The position numbers were made by a program, and so were the translations under genes. 64,000 nt of DNA from an uncultured Candidatus Saccharibacteria bacterium (GTDB lineage Bacteria > Patescibacteriota > CALEFQ01 > G965231055), in NCBI GenBank assembly GCA_965231055.1, contig OZ246411.1:732500-796499 (forward strand), in the 5' to 3' direction. Positions 55,804 to 64,000 of this stretch are shown here, one piece after another. The first letter of the stretch is position 1; every line of letters begins with the position of its first letter. The notes below the pieces were generated by a model. It was given only the letters and a program-made list of their open reading frames with translations, was not told where the DNA came from and made no database searches.

Positions 55804-56742
55804 ATGAGACCAACTAAATCATTAAAAAACAAACAAATGGAAAATGAAACAGTGAATAATCCAGATCAACCAAAAAAGGAAGTTCCTCACGGTATGATAT
55901 GGATAATACTAGTCGCAGTAGTTATAGTGGCAGCAATTTTTTTCTTGATATTCTGGATAGGTAAAGAAACTGCTAAAGCTCCGGAAGTTTCTTATAACGC
56001 TAGTGAAAACGAAGCTACGGACCCAGCAGGAGAAAGTATTGAATCCCCTGAAATTGCAACCGAAACAAAGGAAGCCCAAAGTAGCGCAAAGACAGGAGCC
56101 GAAACAGTATCAATAGATAGTACATGGAACAAATACACAAATTACGATTTGGGATTTTCAATCAACGTACCAAAGCAAGCTGCATCTGGATATGCTAGTT
56201 GCGAGTTTAATTCAGGTGAAAAGTCCTACAGAGCAAAGGCTGGAATGGTCCAAATAAAAACTTTTGAAGATGCTTCGAGTGGTGTGGTCTACATAGCTCC
56301 TGAATATTTTTATAGACTAGGGGGAGAGAAACAAAATTCGAGTGGAGTCTCCACATTTTCAATTTGTACGAAGATTCAAAACTCTGTCTCTGAAATGAAA
56401 AAATCAAATGAATTAACAGAAATCAACTACTGGAAGCTGACAACACAATCGACTGAAAATGATGTAGAAATTGAAAGCTTCTTGAAATCTATATTTGGAA
56501 CTGCATGCAAACTTGGAGATAAAACTCAAACTTCGGTCGCTGGGGTTTATGACATAAAAATAGATGGAGTTACTGATCTTGATGGTGCATGCCCAATGAA
56601 CGCTGCCTATGTTTTCAAGTATTCACAAGTAAAAAAATTGGTTACAACGTGGACCACTGGACAAGCTTATAGCTTCTACACATCAACAGACTACAGTAAT
56701 GCTCATGACGAACAAATGATAGATAGCTTTAGTTTCAATTAA
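55804..56742 (+). CDS. membrane-anchored (one N-terminal TM) secreted hypothetical protein
   Basis: 312 aa; TM helix IWIILVAVVIVAAIFFLIFWI then low-complexity linker and Cys-containing globular part. Confidence 0.55.
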   Translation: MRPTKSLKNKQMENETVNNPDQPKKEVPHGMIWIILVAVVIVAAIFFLIFWIGKETAKAPEVSYNASENEATDPAGESIESPEIATETKEAQSSAKTGAETVSIDSTWNKYTNYDLGFSINVPKQAASGYASCEFNSGEKSYRAKAGMVQIKTFEDASSGVVYIAPEYFYRLGGEKQNSSGVSTFSICTKIQNSVSEMKKSNELTEINYWKLTTQSTENDVEIESFLKSIFGTACKLGDKTQTSVAGVYDIKIDGVTDLDGACPMNAAYVFKYSQVKKLVTTWTTGQAYSFYTSTDYSNAHDEQMIDSFSFN

Positions 56743-56752
56743 GGACATTAAA

Positions 56753-57253
56753 ATGGCAAACGAAAAATCCAACTACAAAGAAACTCAGATGCAAACCCAG
56801 GTATGGATCTGGGCAATAGTTATTTTTTCCGCATCCATTACGTGGTATCTATTCATTGGCAATATTTTCAATGCTTGGGCTATATACGAAGCACCAAGTA
56901 TTGGCATGACTATCTTCATCTGGTTACTTTGCGGAGTATTTTTGCCGTTTTTACTTCTTGGAACTCGTTTGATTTACGAGGTAAGAGATGATTATCTATA
57001 CGTTTCGTATTTTCCACTTGCAAAGAAAAAGATTTTTTACGACAACATATCAAAAATCAACTCAGAAAAATATCATCCGATACTGGAATTTGGTGGCTGG
57101 GGCATAAGAATAAATCCAGCAAAACCCAAAAAGATCGCCTATTCAACGAGCGGAAATGAGGGAGTTAGAATCATACTAAAAGACGGTAGTGAAATAATGC
57201 TTGGGACCAAAAAGCCAAAAGATATAGAAAAAGCGATCAAGGAAAAAATGTAG
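56753..57253 (+). CDS. membrane protein with two TM helices and a C-terminal bacterial PH-like domain
   Basis: 166 aa; GWGIRINP...IILKDGSEIMLG resembles bPH-like folds. Confidence 0.45.
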   Translation: MANEKSNYKETQMQTQVWIWAIVIFSASITWYLFIGNIFNAWAIYEAPSIGMTIFIWLLCGVFLPFLLLGTRLIYEVRDDYLYVSYFPLAKKKIFYDNISKINSEKYHPILEFGGWGIRINPAKPKKIAYSTSGNEGVRIILKDGSEIMLGTKKPKDIEKAIKEKM

Positions 57254-57282
57254 TATCGCAACTATAAAACCTAAAACCATCA

Positions 57283-57888
57283 ATGCTTAAGATACAAAAA
57301 ATTTCTTGGACTTCTTATATGAATATAGCGATAGTAATCACAATTGCTATTATTGTGGCCTTTTTGGTGTACCAAAACCAAGTTGATCTCATAAAATTAT
57401 ATAGCAAGGATGATACAAAAACGGAGCAACAGCAACTAGAATCTACGAAAAAGACGAGTTCAAGTGAAAAATGGAGCATCGAAATAAATAAACTAAATAT
57501 TTCAGCACCCGTGATACTAAATGTGGATGCAAAAAATGAAGACGAATACTACAAAGCCCTAGAGGGTGGCGTTGCCCACATGAAAAACACCGCACTCCCA
57601 GAAAAAGGAAACACGGTGATTTTTGGTCATTCTAGTTACTACCTTTGGAAACCAGGAGAATATAAAAAGGTTTTTGAAAAATTAAACGACCTAGAAAACG
57701 GAGATCAAATAATCCTTAAAAATAAAGATCAAGAAATAAAATACGAAGTAACAAAAAAGGAGATCGTATCCCCCACCAAAGTTGAAGTTGCAGATCCTAC
57801 CGAAGAATCACAACTAACTCTTATAACTTGCTGGCCCATAGGTTCTACAAAAGAAAGACTTATCGTAGTAGCTAATCAGCGAGAATAG
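57283..57888 (+). CDS. sortase-family transpeptidase
   Basis: N-terminal TM anchor; VIFGHSSY (His) and TLITC (Cys) catalytic motifs. Confidence 0.75.
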   Translation: MLKIQKISWTSYMNIAIVITIAIIVAFLVYQNQVDLIKLYSKDDTKTEQQQLESTKKTSSSEKWSIEINKLNISAPVILNVDAKNEDEYYKALEGGVAHMKNTALPEKGNTVIFGHSSYYLWKPGEYKKVFEKLNDLENGDQIILKNKDQEIKYEVTKKEIVSPTKVEVADPTEESQLTLITCWPIGSTKERLIVVANQRE

Positions 57889-57916
57889 TTTAAAATGAAA
57901 TACCTTAATTATTCAC

Positions 57917-57947
57917 AAAACACTAAAAAACTTTAGTGTTTTTTTAT
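57917..57947. terminator. bidirectional rho-independent terminator between sortase and the Cys-rich protein gene
   Basis: acactaaa / tttagtgt stem, aaac loop, flanked by A-run and T-run. Confidence 0.6.
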
Positions 57948-59692
57948 TTCATAGCACCCTCATAACACTCTCCGCAATAAATATTATAGCCATCTTCCTC
58001 TTTGTATCTAGAATCTATTTCTTTACCACATTTATTGCATTTTATTTTATTGAGGTTATAGGCATGAGGTATTTCCATGAGAAATCTTTTTCTATAGCGC
58101 ACTGCGGGATGAAATCTCGGAATAGGAATACCATTTTTCCTATAATACTCTAGTTCTTTTTTTGTTATACGAAATGGTTTTTTTGACTCTTCACAAATAA
58201 TAATTTTATTAAGAATATCATCATTTACATCATCGATATGGTCTGGGATATTCTTAGCTACCAAATCACTATCTACCACCGTGTCCACAACTGATTTCGC
58301 GAGCGAATAAGAATAATCGTAGTCCATGCCAAAATACTCCAAGTCTTTTTTGATTTTTGATTCGTAGTTATTTTCATCTGGGAAAAACATATTTGCGACA
58401 GTATCTATGTATGGAATACTACCAAAAGCAAATGGCAAAAATTCTCCATACTCTTTTCGCTCAAGCATTTTAATCTTAATCTGCTCAATGAGTTCAAAGT
58501 ATTCTTTCTTTTCGTATTGCTTATTCAAAATGCAATATTTTTTACTGCGAAGCCCCACACAACCAAAACAATCCTGACACCCCATGCATAGATCACAATA
58601 TTCCATATCCCTAGATCCCCTAACCATATTCGAAAACTTGATCATATAATCCTGCATGCCTCCACCTATAGTTTCATACATCACTTCGCTCGCTATTCCA
58701 CCATAGTCCACATCAAGACAATCCTTCCTTCTTCCAGAATTGGTGCAATATCTCAAGTTTTCACTCTCCATCTCATTAAACACATCAAAGGCATTCTTGC
58801 ATCGCCACATACTATCGCCAACTGAATTCTCGCACTGACCAACCAAGACACCTTCATGAGGACTTGCTTTCATCATGTTTACAAAATCTAACTTCAGTTT
58901 TTCAATCGCAGAGTAACTACCCAAATTCATACTTTCCATTTTTGCGAGATAATCATCCTTTGAAAGTTGTTTGTTTTCAAAACAGTATTCCTTATGCCTC
59001 AGATTTGAACACATAAAACAATTTTTGCAATCCCTGCATCCAGCTAAAAAATAACTATCTCTAGAATTTTTAGTATTGAAGCAGTACTTACAACCATAGT
59101 TTTGCTCGCAAGAAACATTTTCATAACACAATTCAGAATAAGCGCACGAAAACATATCAACACAATCCCTAGATTCACCAAAAAAATCACCATACATACA
59201 ATCCTCATTTTTGTATGTAACAAATATCATGTAACAATTTTTATCATTGCCGGTATTATTTGAGTATTGCACATTTTCATTTGAAGGATCGCCTATTAGG
59301 TGAGGTCTTGGCGTAGCTATCCTTAATTTCTGGAATTGTTTAAAAAAAGATTTGTTTAAATCCAAATCCATCCCGTACGTAGCTCCATCAAATCCATCAC
59401 TCCACCACTCTTTTTCATCATAAATTTTATATGGGGAATCATTGCGATACATTGAAATCAAATCAACTCCAGTTTTACCACACTTTCTACTAAAAAGATT
59501 CCGTTCGTTTCTAAAAACCATTCTCCTTTCTCTTCTACACAATGGACATAGAGTAGGAATGGGGACTACAAATTTTTCATAGAAATCAAGATCTTCTTGA
59601 TATACAAAAAAAGCCTTTCCGCAAATTCTACAAGTTTTGTCTCCTGGCTGAGTTTTATCCAAAACATTCAAAATATTTGTTTCAAAGCTCAT
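57944..59692 (-). CDS. very cysteine-rich cytoplasmic protein (582 aa, about 50 Cys) with terminal zinc-ribbon-like motifs and internally duplicated Cys-ladder region
   Basis: N-terminus CRICGK..FY.K..VPIPTLCPLCRRERR echoed near C-terminus (KKPF..YYRKNGIPIPRFHP) followed by CNKCGK...CGEC; two internal segments of repeated C-x2-C / x-C-x-x-x-F units ending in YCFENKQ / YCILNKQ. Confidence 0.6.
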   Translation of the reverse strand: MSFETNILNVLDKTQPGDKTCRICGKAFFVYQEDLDFYEKFVVPIPTLCPLCRRERRMVFRNERNLFSRKCGKTGVDLISMYRNDSPYKIYDEKEWWSDGFDGATYGMDLDLNKSFFKQFQKLRIATPRPHLIGDPSNENVQYSNNTGNDKNCYMIFVTYKNEDCMYGDFFGESRDCVDMFSCAYSELCYENVSCEQNYGCKYCFNTKNSRDSYFLAGCRDCKNCFMCSNLRHKEYCFENKQLSKDDYLAKMESMNLGSYSAIEKLKLDFVNMMKASPHEGVLVGQCENSVGDSMWRCKNAFDVFNEMESENLRYCTNSGRRKDCLDVDYGGIASEVMYETIGGGMQDYMIKFSNMVRGSRDMEYCDLCMGCQDCFGCVGLRSKKYCILNKQYEKKEYFELIEQIKIKMLERKEYGEFLPFAFGSIPYIDTVANMFFPDENNYESKIKKDLEYFGMDYDYSYSLAKSVVDTVVDSDLVAKNIPDHIDDVNDDILNKIIICEESKKPFRITKKELEYYRKNGIPIPRFHPAVRYRKRFLMEIPHAYNLNKIKCNKCGKEIDSRYKEEDGYNIYCGECYEGAMK

Positions 59693-59784
59693 ACTATTGA
59701 ATTAATCATTTATATAGTATATCAGCTAAAACTTCTATTTAAAAGAAGAAGGTGACCCCAGGATCACCTTCAAAAAAAACGTAA

Positions 59785-60255
59785 CTATGCTATAGCTTTT
59801 TTAAGCCACTTTTCAAGAACATCGATGCTTAAATTTTTAAGCGGAATACTTTGACATCCGTCGGCACATGTCGCTCCTCCAACTAGCCCTATCTTTTTTT
59901 TTCCTCTTTGAAGGAAAACTTGTGCAACAGCTTCGCTATCCGTCAGAACACCGAAAAATCCATCCCTAGACAATGAAGGCAATTCCGAAGGCGTAGCGAC
60001 GTGAATATCAACGTTTACAATTTTAAGCATACTGATCACATCATCGACTCTTCCGGTGTCTTCAAAAGAGATCAAGATTTTGCACAAAGAAAGATCTCTT
60101 CCCAAAACCTTTTTATAAACTTTCCTCCTGGTCGAGATAAGCTTTTGATCATCGCTCGGGATGAAATCTGGAGATATACCAGTAACCAATTCACCTCGAT
60201 AAATCAACTTCACATCTCTTCTTTCGTCGCCATTAGACATAGCAACCTCTTTCAT
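59785..60255 (-). CDS. hypothetical protein (156 aa)
   Basis: ORF track; single CADGC motif; no recognised family. Confidence 0.4.
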   Translation of the reverse strand: MKEVAMSNGDERRDVKLIYRGELVTGISPDFIPSDDQKLISTRRKVYKKVLGRDLSLCKILISFEDTGRVDDVISMLKIVNVDIHVATPSELPSLSRDGFFGVLTDSEAVAQVFLQRGKKKIGLVGGATCADGCQSIPLKNLSIDVLEKWLKKAIA

Positions 60256-60353
60256 TGCCTTTCAAAAAGAAAGACCGTTGGGGTTAGTTGAGTGAAATGA
60301 ACTGTTTTTAATATATAAAATTTAATAGCTTTTGGCAAATTTAAAATCCCTTC

Positions 60354-60665
60354 CTATTGAAGGGATTGTTTACTGAAAGATCGCTTGAATTTAAGCTTTT
60401 TAATTATCACTTGGCAAAAATAAAATGTTATCGCAGAAAACATAATGATTTGCCCAAGAGTAAGCCAGTCCTCCTTGATAATAAAAAACTTAACAAGCAT
60501 GGTCGCTGAAACAAACAGTCTTGCTGAAATATCAGTGATGGAAATCAGGGAAACGTCACGCTTGTGCCAAACTTTGCGAATTTGATCAACCACTCCCGCA
60601 GATAAGAATACAAATCCGATAAATGTAAGGATATCAAGAAACATAAACTCACCTCCTATTCGCAA
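60354..60665 (-). CDS. small membrane protein (about 95-103 aa)
   Basis: three hydrophobic segments. Confidence 0.45.
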   Translation of the reverse strand: MRIGGEFMFLDILTFIGFVFLSAGVVDQIRKVWHKRDVSLISITDISARLFVSATMLVKFFIIKEDWLTLGQIIMFSAITFYFCQVIIKKLKFKRSFSKQSLQ

Positions 60666-60696
60666 ACTAGCATATGGAAAAGTTTAAAGCAAACTA

Positions 60697-60762
60697 AAAT
60701 CCGCCTGTCCTTTTCCACTAGCTACAAAGTAGCTTGATGGGTAATGGACAATGGCGGATTTT
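60697..60762 (-). terminator. structured terminator-like element downstream of ftsZ
   Basis: perfect 10-bp outer stem aaaatccgcc / ggcggatttt enclosing tgtcc/ggaca and agctac/gtagct inner stems. Confidence 0.4.
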
Positions 60763-60831
60763 ATATATTAAGATTAACCAAAGCTCGTAACTATTCAGAT
60801 CAAGATGCTTCACGAAAACCTCAAGAGTTGT

Positions 60832-62001
60832 TTATTTCATTTTCTTGCGTATGAACGCAGGAATATCAAGTTCATCTTCTTCTATCGCAGAGCTTTTTTT
60901 AATAGCTTTTGCCTTTTCTCTGGCTTCTTCCTTGCTTTCTCTTTTTACAAGTGGCTCTTCTTCTCTATCGTCATTTCTTTTGGCATGAAGGGCAGCCCAT
61001 GGCATAAGATCATCTGTACTTCCAGAAGCCATAACTTTCTTAGGCTTGCTTTTCTGGTTGAAACCAGTGGCCACAACAGTTACCCTTATTTCGCCCTGCA
61101 TCTCATCGTCTACTACCGCTCCAAATATAACTTTGGCGCTTGGATCGGCTGATTCGGTAATAACCTTTGCAGCTTCATCAATTTCAAACATGCTCATATC
61201 TTGTCCGCCAGTAACATTGAATATAATTCCCTTAGCACCATCTATTGCAAGTTCCAATAAAGGTGATTCGATAGCCTGTCTTGCAGCTTCTGTTGCTCTG
61301 TTTTCTCCAGCTGCCTGACCTATTCCCATAAGGGCAGATCCGGCATTTTCCATCACGGCTCTAATGTCAGCAAAGTCTAGGTTTACAAGTCCTGGAACTG
61401 TAATTAGCTCAGAAATACCTTGCACACCTTGTCTTAGAACATCATCAACGACTCCAAATGCATCCGTGAGAGATGTTTTTTTGTCTATAATCTGAAGAAT
61501 TCTGTCATTTGGAATAGTGATCATCGTATCCACTCTTCCCTCAAGCTCCTCCGCACCAGATTCAGCGATCTCTCTGCGTTGCGCTCCTTCAAAGGTAAAA
61601 GGCTTGGTGACAACAGCTACTGTCAAAGCACCAGCTTCCTTTGCGATGTCAGCTACTACTGGAGCTGAACCAGTTCCGGTTCCACCGCCTAAGCCCAATG
61701 TAAGGAACACCATATCGCATCCCTCAACTGCCTTCTTGATTTCATCCTGATCTTCTTCAGCAGCGCTTCTCCCTATTTCAGGATTCATACCTGCACCCAA
61801 ACCCTTGGTTAGGGTTTTGCCTATATGAACTTTTTTTTGCGCTTCGCAATGATGCAAATCTTGAGCATCAGTATTGATCGCGACAAAATCTATTCCTTTT
61901 AGTTTGTCTTTTACCATTCGCGAAATCGCATTGTTTCCGGCTCCCCCCAAACCCAAAACCTTGATTTTCGCAAACGACTCTAATTTAGGTTTAACTTCCA
62001 T
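60832..62001 (-). CDS. ftsZ: cell-division GTPase FtsZ
   Basis: GLGGAGNNA and GGGTGTG tubulin signature. Confidence 0.95.
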   Translation of the reverse strand: MEVKPKLESFAKIKVLGLGGAGNNAISRMVKDKLKGIDFVAINTDAQDLHHCEAQKKVHIGKTLTKGLGAGMNPEIGRSAAEEDQDEIKKAVEGCDMVFLTLGLGGGTGTGSAPVVADIAKEAGALTVAVVTKPFTFEGAQRREIAESGAEELEGRVDTMITIPNDRILQIIDKKTSLTDAFGVVDDVLRQGVQGISELITVPGLVNLDFADIRAVMENAGSALMGIGQAAGENRATEAARQAIESPLLELAIDGAKGIIFNVTGGQDMSMFEIDEAAKVITESADPSAKVIFGAVVDDEMQGEIRVTVVATGFNQKSKPKKVMASGSTDDLMPWAALHAKRNDDREEEPLVKRESKEEAREKAKAIKKSSAIEEDELDIPAFIRKKMK

Positions 62002-62084
62002 GGTTATAACTCCTTAAGATGCGCAAAGCCAATCCGCATCTTTATTACTTAATAAAATTATTAAAAATATTTAGGCTTCTAAAT

Positions 62085-63332
62085 TTATGGCAACAAGTTT
62101 TTAAACCACCCTTTCATTTTTCCTATGGTGTTTGAAACTGCTGCGTTTCCAGAAAATCCGAAACTTCTTGATCCGCCCATGCCCTGTCTCATTCCCCACA
62201 TCACCAAACCAACGGCAGTAGCAAACGATGGGTCATTGACACTATCTATAATTGTAGGGAATTCTTTTGGTAAACCGATTTGAGCAGGAAGCTTAAGTTC
62301 TTTCTTTGCAAGTTCAACTATACCAGGCATTTTTGCTCCACCACCCACTACCACAACTCCAGCTGGAAGTTTTCCATCTCTACCAATCTGCTTTAGCTCT
62401 TTATTCACCAGGCTAAAGATTTCAGAAATTCTAGCTTCAATAACTTCAGCAACATGATATCTGGAAACTATTTCATCCTCGGTTTCATCTACAGAAGAAA
62501 GGTCTATCTTGTCTCTTTCCGAAACTTCACCAAGAAGAGCGGTACCGTATTCAAGCTTCACCTTTTCTGCGGTAGCTACTGACGTCCTTAACTCCAATGC
62601 GATATCATTTGTTATATGACCAGCGCCTACTGGAATAATTGAGGTATGTAGCAAATCACCTTCTTCATAAACAGTAACACCAGTTTTTCCCTCTCCAATA
62701 TCAACCAACACAACACCCAATTCCTTTTGTCTTTTATCGAGCACAGCATCAGCGGCAGCGAGAGGTGCAAGCACTAGATCGTCAACATCAACACCAGTTC
62801 TATAAACACACTTCGTAAGATTTCTAATGAACCCAGTAGCACCCATTATTACATGAGCCTCTACTTCCAATCTCACTCCGTTCATGCCAATAGGATCTTT
62901 TATGCCACCTTGGTTATCAACTATAAACTGCTTTGGTACAACATGTATGATCTCGTGATTTGGTGGAAGGCTAACTGCCTGGGCAGCTTCTATAACTCTA
63001 CTAACATCATCCTCACCTATTTCACCATCAGCTCTTGATACAGCGATAACTCCTTTGGAAATTTCTGATGTTATGTGAGAACCACTAATCGAGACCAAAG
63101 CATGATTCACAGATATGCCAGTCATGCGCTCTGCCTTTTCAAGAGAATTTGAAATGCTTGATACAGCGTCTTCAACATCTACTACATTTCCTTTTCTGAT
63201 TCCTGCACTATCAGAAATACCGACGCCAAGTATTTTTGGCTTAGCGTCTTGTGATTCTTGGATTTCTCCAACTATAGTCCTTATCTTGCCAGAACCAACA
63301 TCGAGTCCAATTATGTGAGATCCTTTTGACAT
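62085..63332 (-). CDS. ftsA: cell-division protein FtsA
   Basis: 415 aa actin-like ATPase; IIGLDVGSGKIRT N-terminus. Confidence 0.9.
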   Translation of the reverse strand: MSKGSHIIGLDVGSGKIRTIVGEIQESQDAKPKILGVGISDSAGIRKGNVVDVEDAVSSISNSLEKAERMTGISVNHALVSISGSHITSEISKGVIAVSRADGEIGEDDVSRVIEAAQAVSLPPNHEIIHVVPKQFIVDNQGGIKDPIGMNGVRLEVEAHVIMGATGFIRNLTKCVYRTGVDVDDLVLAPLAAADAVLDKRQKELGVVLVDIGEGKTGVTVYEEGDLLHTSIIPVGAGHITNDIALELRTSVATAEKVKLEYGTALLGEVSERDKIDLSSVDETEDEIVSRYHVAEVIEARISEIFSLVNKELKQIGRDGKLPAGVVVVGGGAKMPGIVELAKKELKLPAQIGLPKEFPTIIDSVNDPSFATAVGLVMWGMRQGMGGSRSFGFSGNAAVSNTIGKMKGWFKNLLP

Positions 63333-63478
63333 TTTGTTTTTTTGTAGCGAACAAATTATTTGTTCAACATAGTTTTAACCGACCAAATTTTTTGTTCACC
63401 TTTTATTAATCTATAAAAATTATATAAAAATCTGGGAAAATGTCAATCAAAGAGTTGAAATACTGTGGAAAATCATTT

Positions 63479-63913
63479 TTAGACAGTTTTCAAATTTTCG
63501 AACTCCTTGAGAAGTTTTTCTTGAAGCACAATCATTTTTGGCCTCCCTTTTGTCTCTTCGTGCTCCATCCCGCTTGAATGCAATACACCATGAATCACCA
63601 GCCTTTTCAACTCCTCATCCAATGAAACTCCATATTTTTTTGCATTCTTATTTGCGACTTCAACGCAAATGTATATATCACCAGATATCTCTTTTCCGGA
63701 TCCAATTTCCAGTGAAATCACATCGGTTACATGCTCTCTATCAAATGCCTGTTTGTTTATTTTTTTTATCAATTTACTACCAACAAAGGTTATGCTCAAA
63801 AAAATCAAATCCGTTTTTAATACTTTTCTAGCTACTCTCTCAGCTAGCATTTTGATGTTTTTGAGCACAATCTTGTTCTTGGTTTTGTTTGTAGTAATGA
63901 CATCTATTTTCAT
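63479..63913 (-). CDS. ybeY: endoribonuclease YbeY (rRNA maturation factor)
   Basis: HGVLHSSGMEHE metal-binding motif. Confidence 0.8.
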   Translation of the reverse strand: MKIDVITTNKTKNKIVLKNIKMLAERVARKVLKTDLIFLSITFVGSKLIKKINKQAFDREHVTDVISLEIGSGKEISGDIYICVEVANKNAKKYGVSLDEELKRLVIHGVLHSSGMEHEETKGRPKMIVLQEKLLKEFENLKTV

Positions 63914-63914
63914 C

Positions 63915-64000
63915 CTATTTTTTTAAAGGATCATGTTTGGTAGAAACCTCTTCACCATCAGAATAGCCGTCGCCGTCCGTGTCCCTTTTTACAGGATCAG
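63915..64000 (-). CDS. 3' end of a gene continuing beyond the window; D/G-rich Ca-binding-like repeat
   Basis: Minus-strand frame reads ...DPVKRDTDGDGYSDGEEVSTKHDPLKK then stop. Confidence 0.3.
   Translation of the reverse strand, partial: DPVKRDTDGDGYSDGEEVSTKHDPLKK

Noticed and set aside
59740-59775. Hairpin gaaggtgacc-cca-ggatcaccttc as a terminator for ORF 59785..60255
   Set aside because: The A/T runs are on the wrong sides for a canonical intrinsic terminator on either strand; left unannotated.
60697-60762. Riboswitch or structured 5' leader for the small membrane protein 60354..60665
   Set aside because: The multi-stem element ends in a T-run on the minus strand directly after ftsZ, so an intrinsic terminator for ftsZ is the simpler reading. 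It is kept as a low-confidence terminator.

Overview
AT-rich (~33-35% GC) bacterial chromosomal segment, almost entirely minus-strand coding and read with standard code 11 (TGA and TAA both act as stops in conserved genes). Content from left to right: a 4-subunit pyruvate:ferredoxin oxidoreductase (porGDAB), then a PduL-type phosphotransacylase and acetate kinase. Next is a contiguous lower-glycolysis cluster (tpiA, fba, gap, pgk, eno, gpmI), then map/adk/secY. The full S10-spc ribosomal-protein cluster follows, lacking L30 between S5 and L15. Then come the str cluster (rpsL-rpsG-fusA-tuf), two tandem ndk paralogs, a split comEC, a cobalamin adenosyltransferase, and an nrdR-controlled locus with three class II (B12-dependent) RNR modules. 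Two of those modules are fused in one 1373-aa ORF. The right end carries a sortase, a very Cys-rich 582-aa protein, ftsA/ftsZ and ybeY. The L30 absence, weak Shine-Dalgarno sites and gene order are consistent with a small-genome Patescibacteria/CPR-like organism, but this is inference. Items worth follow-up: the fused double-NrdJ plus third NrdJ with tandem NrdR boxes and DnaA-box-like palindromes; a three-member paralog family (conserved ~200-aa N-domain, variable HTH-like W-repeat C-termini, conserved promoter with -10 abutting the ATG); a recurring CTGAAWA heptad array upstream of five genes; a Cys4 knuckle insertion in EF-Tu; and two paralogous small membrane-protein genes inserted antisense between secY and adk. 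No CRISPR, rRNA, tRNA or clear transposase was seen.
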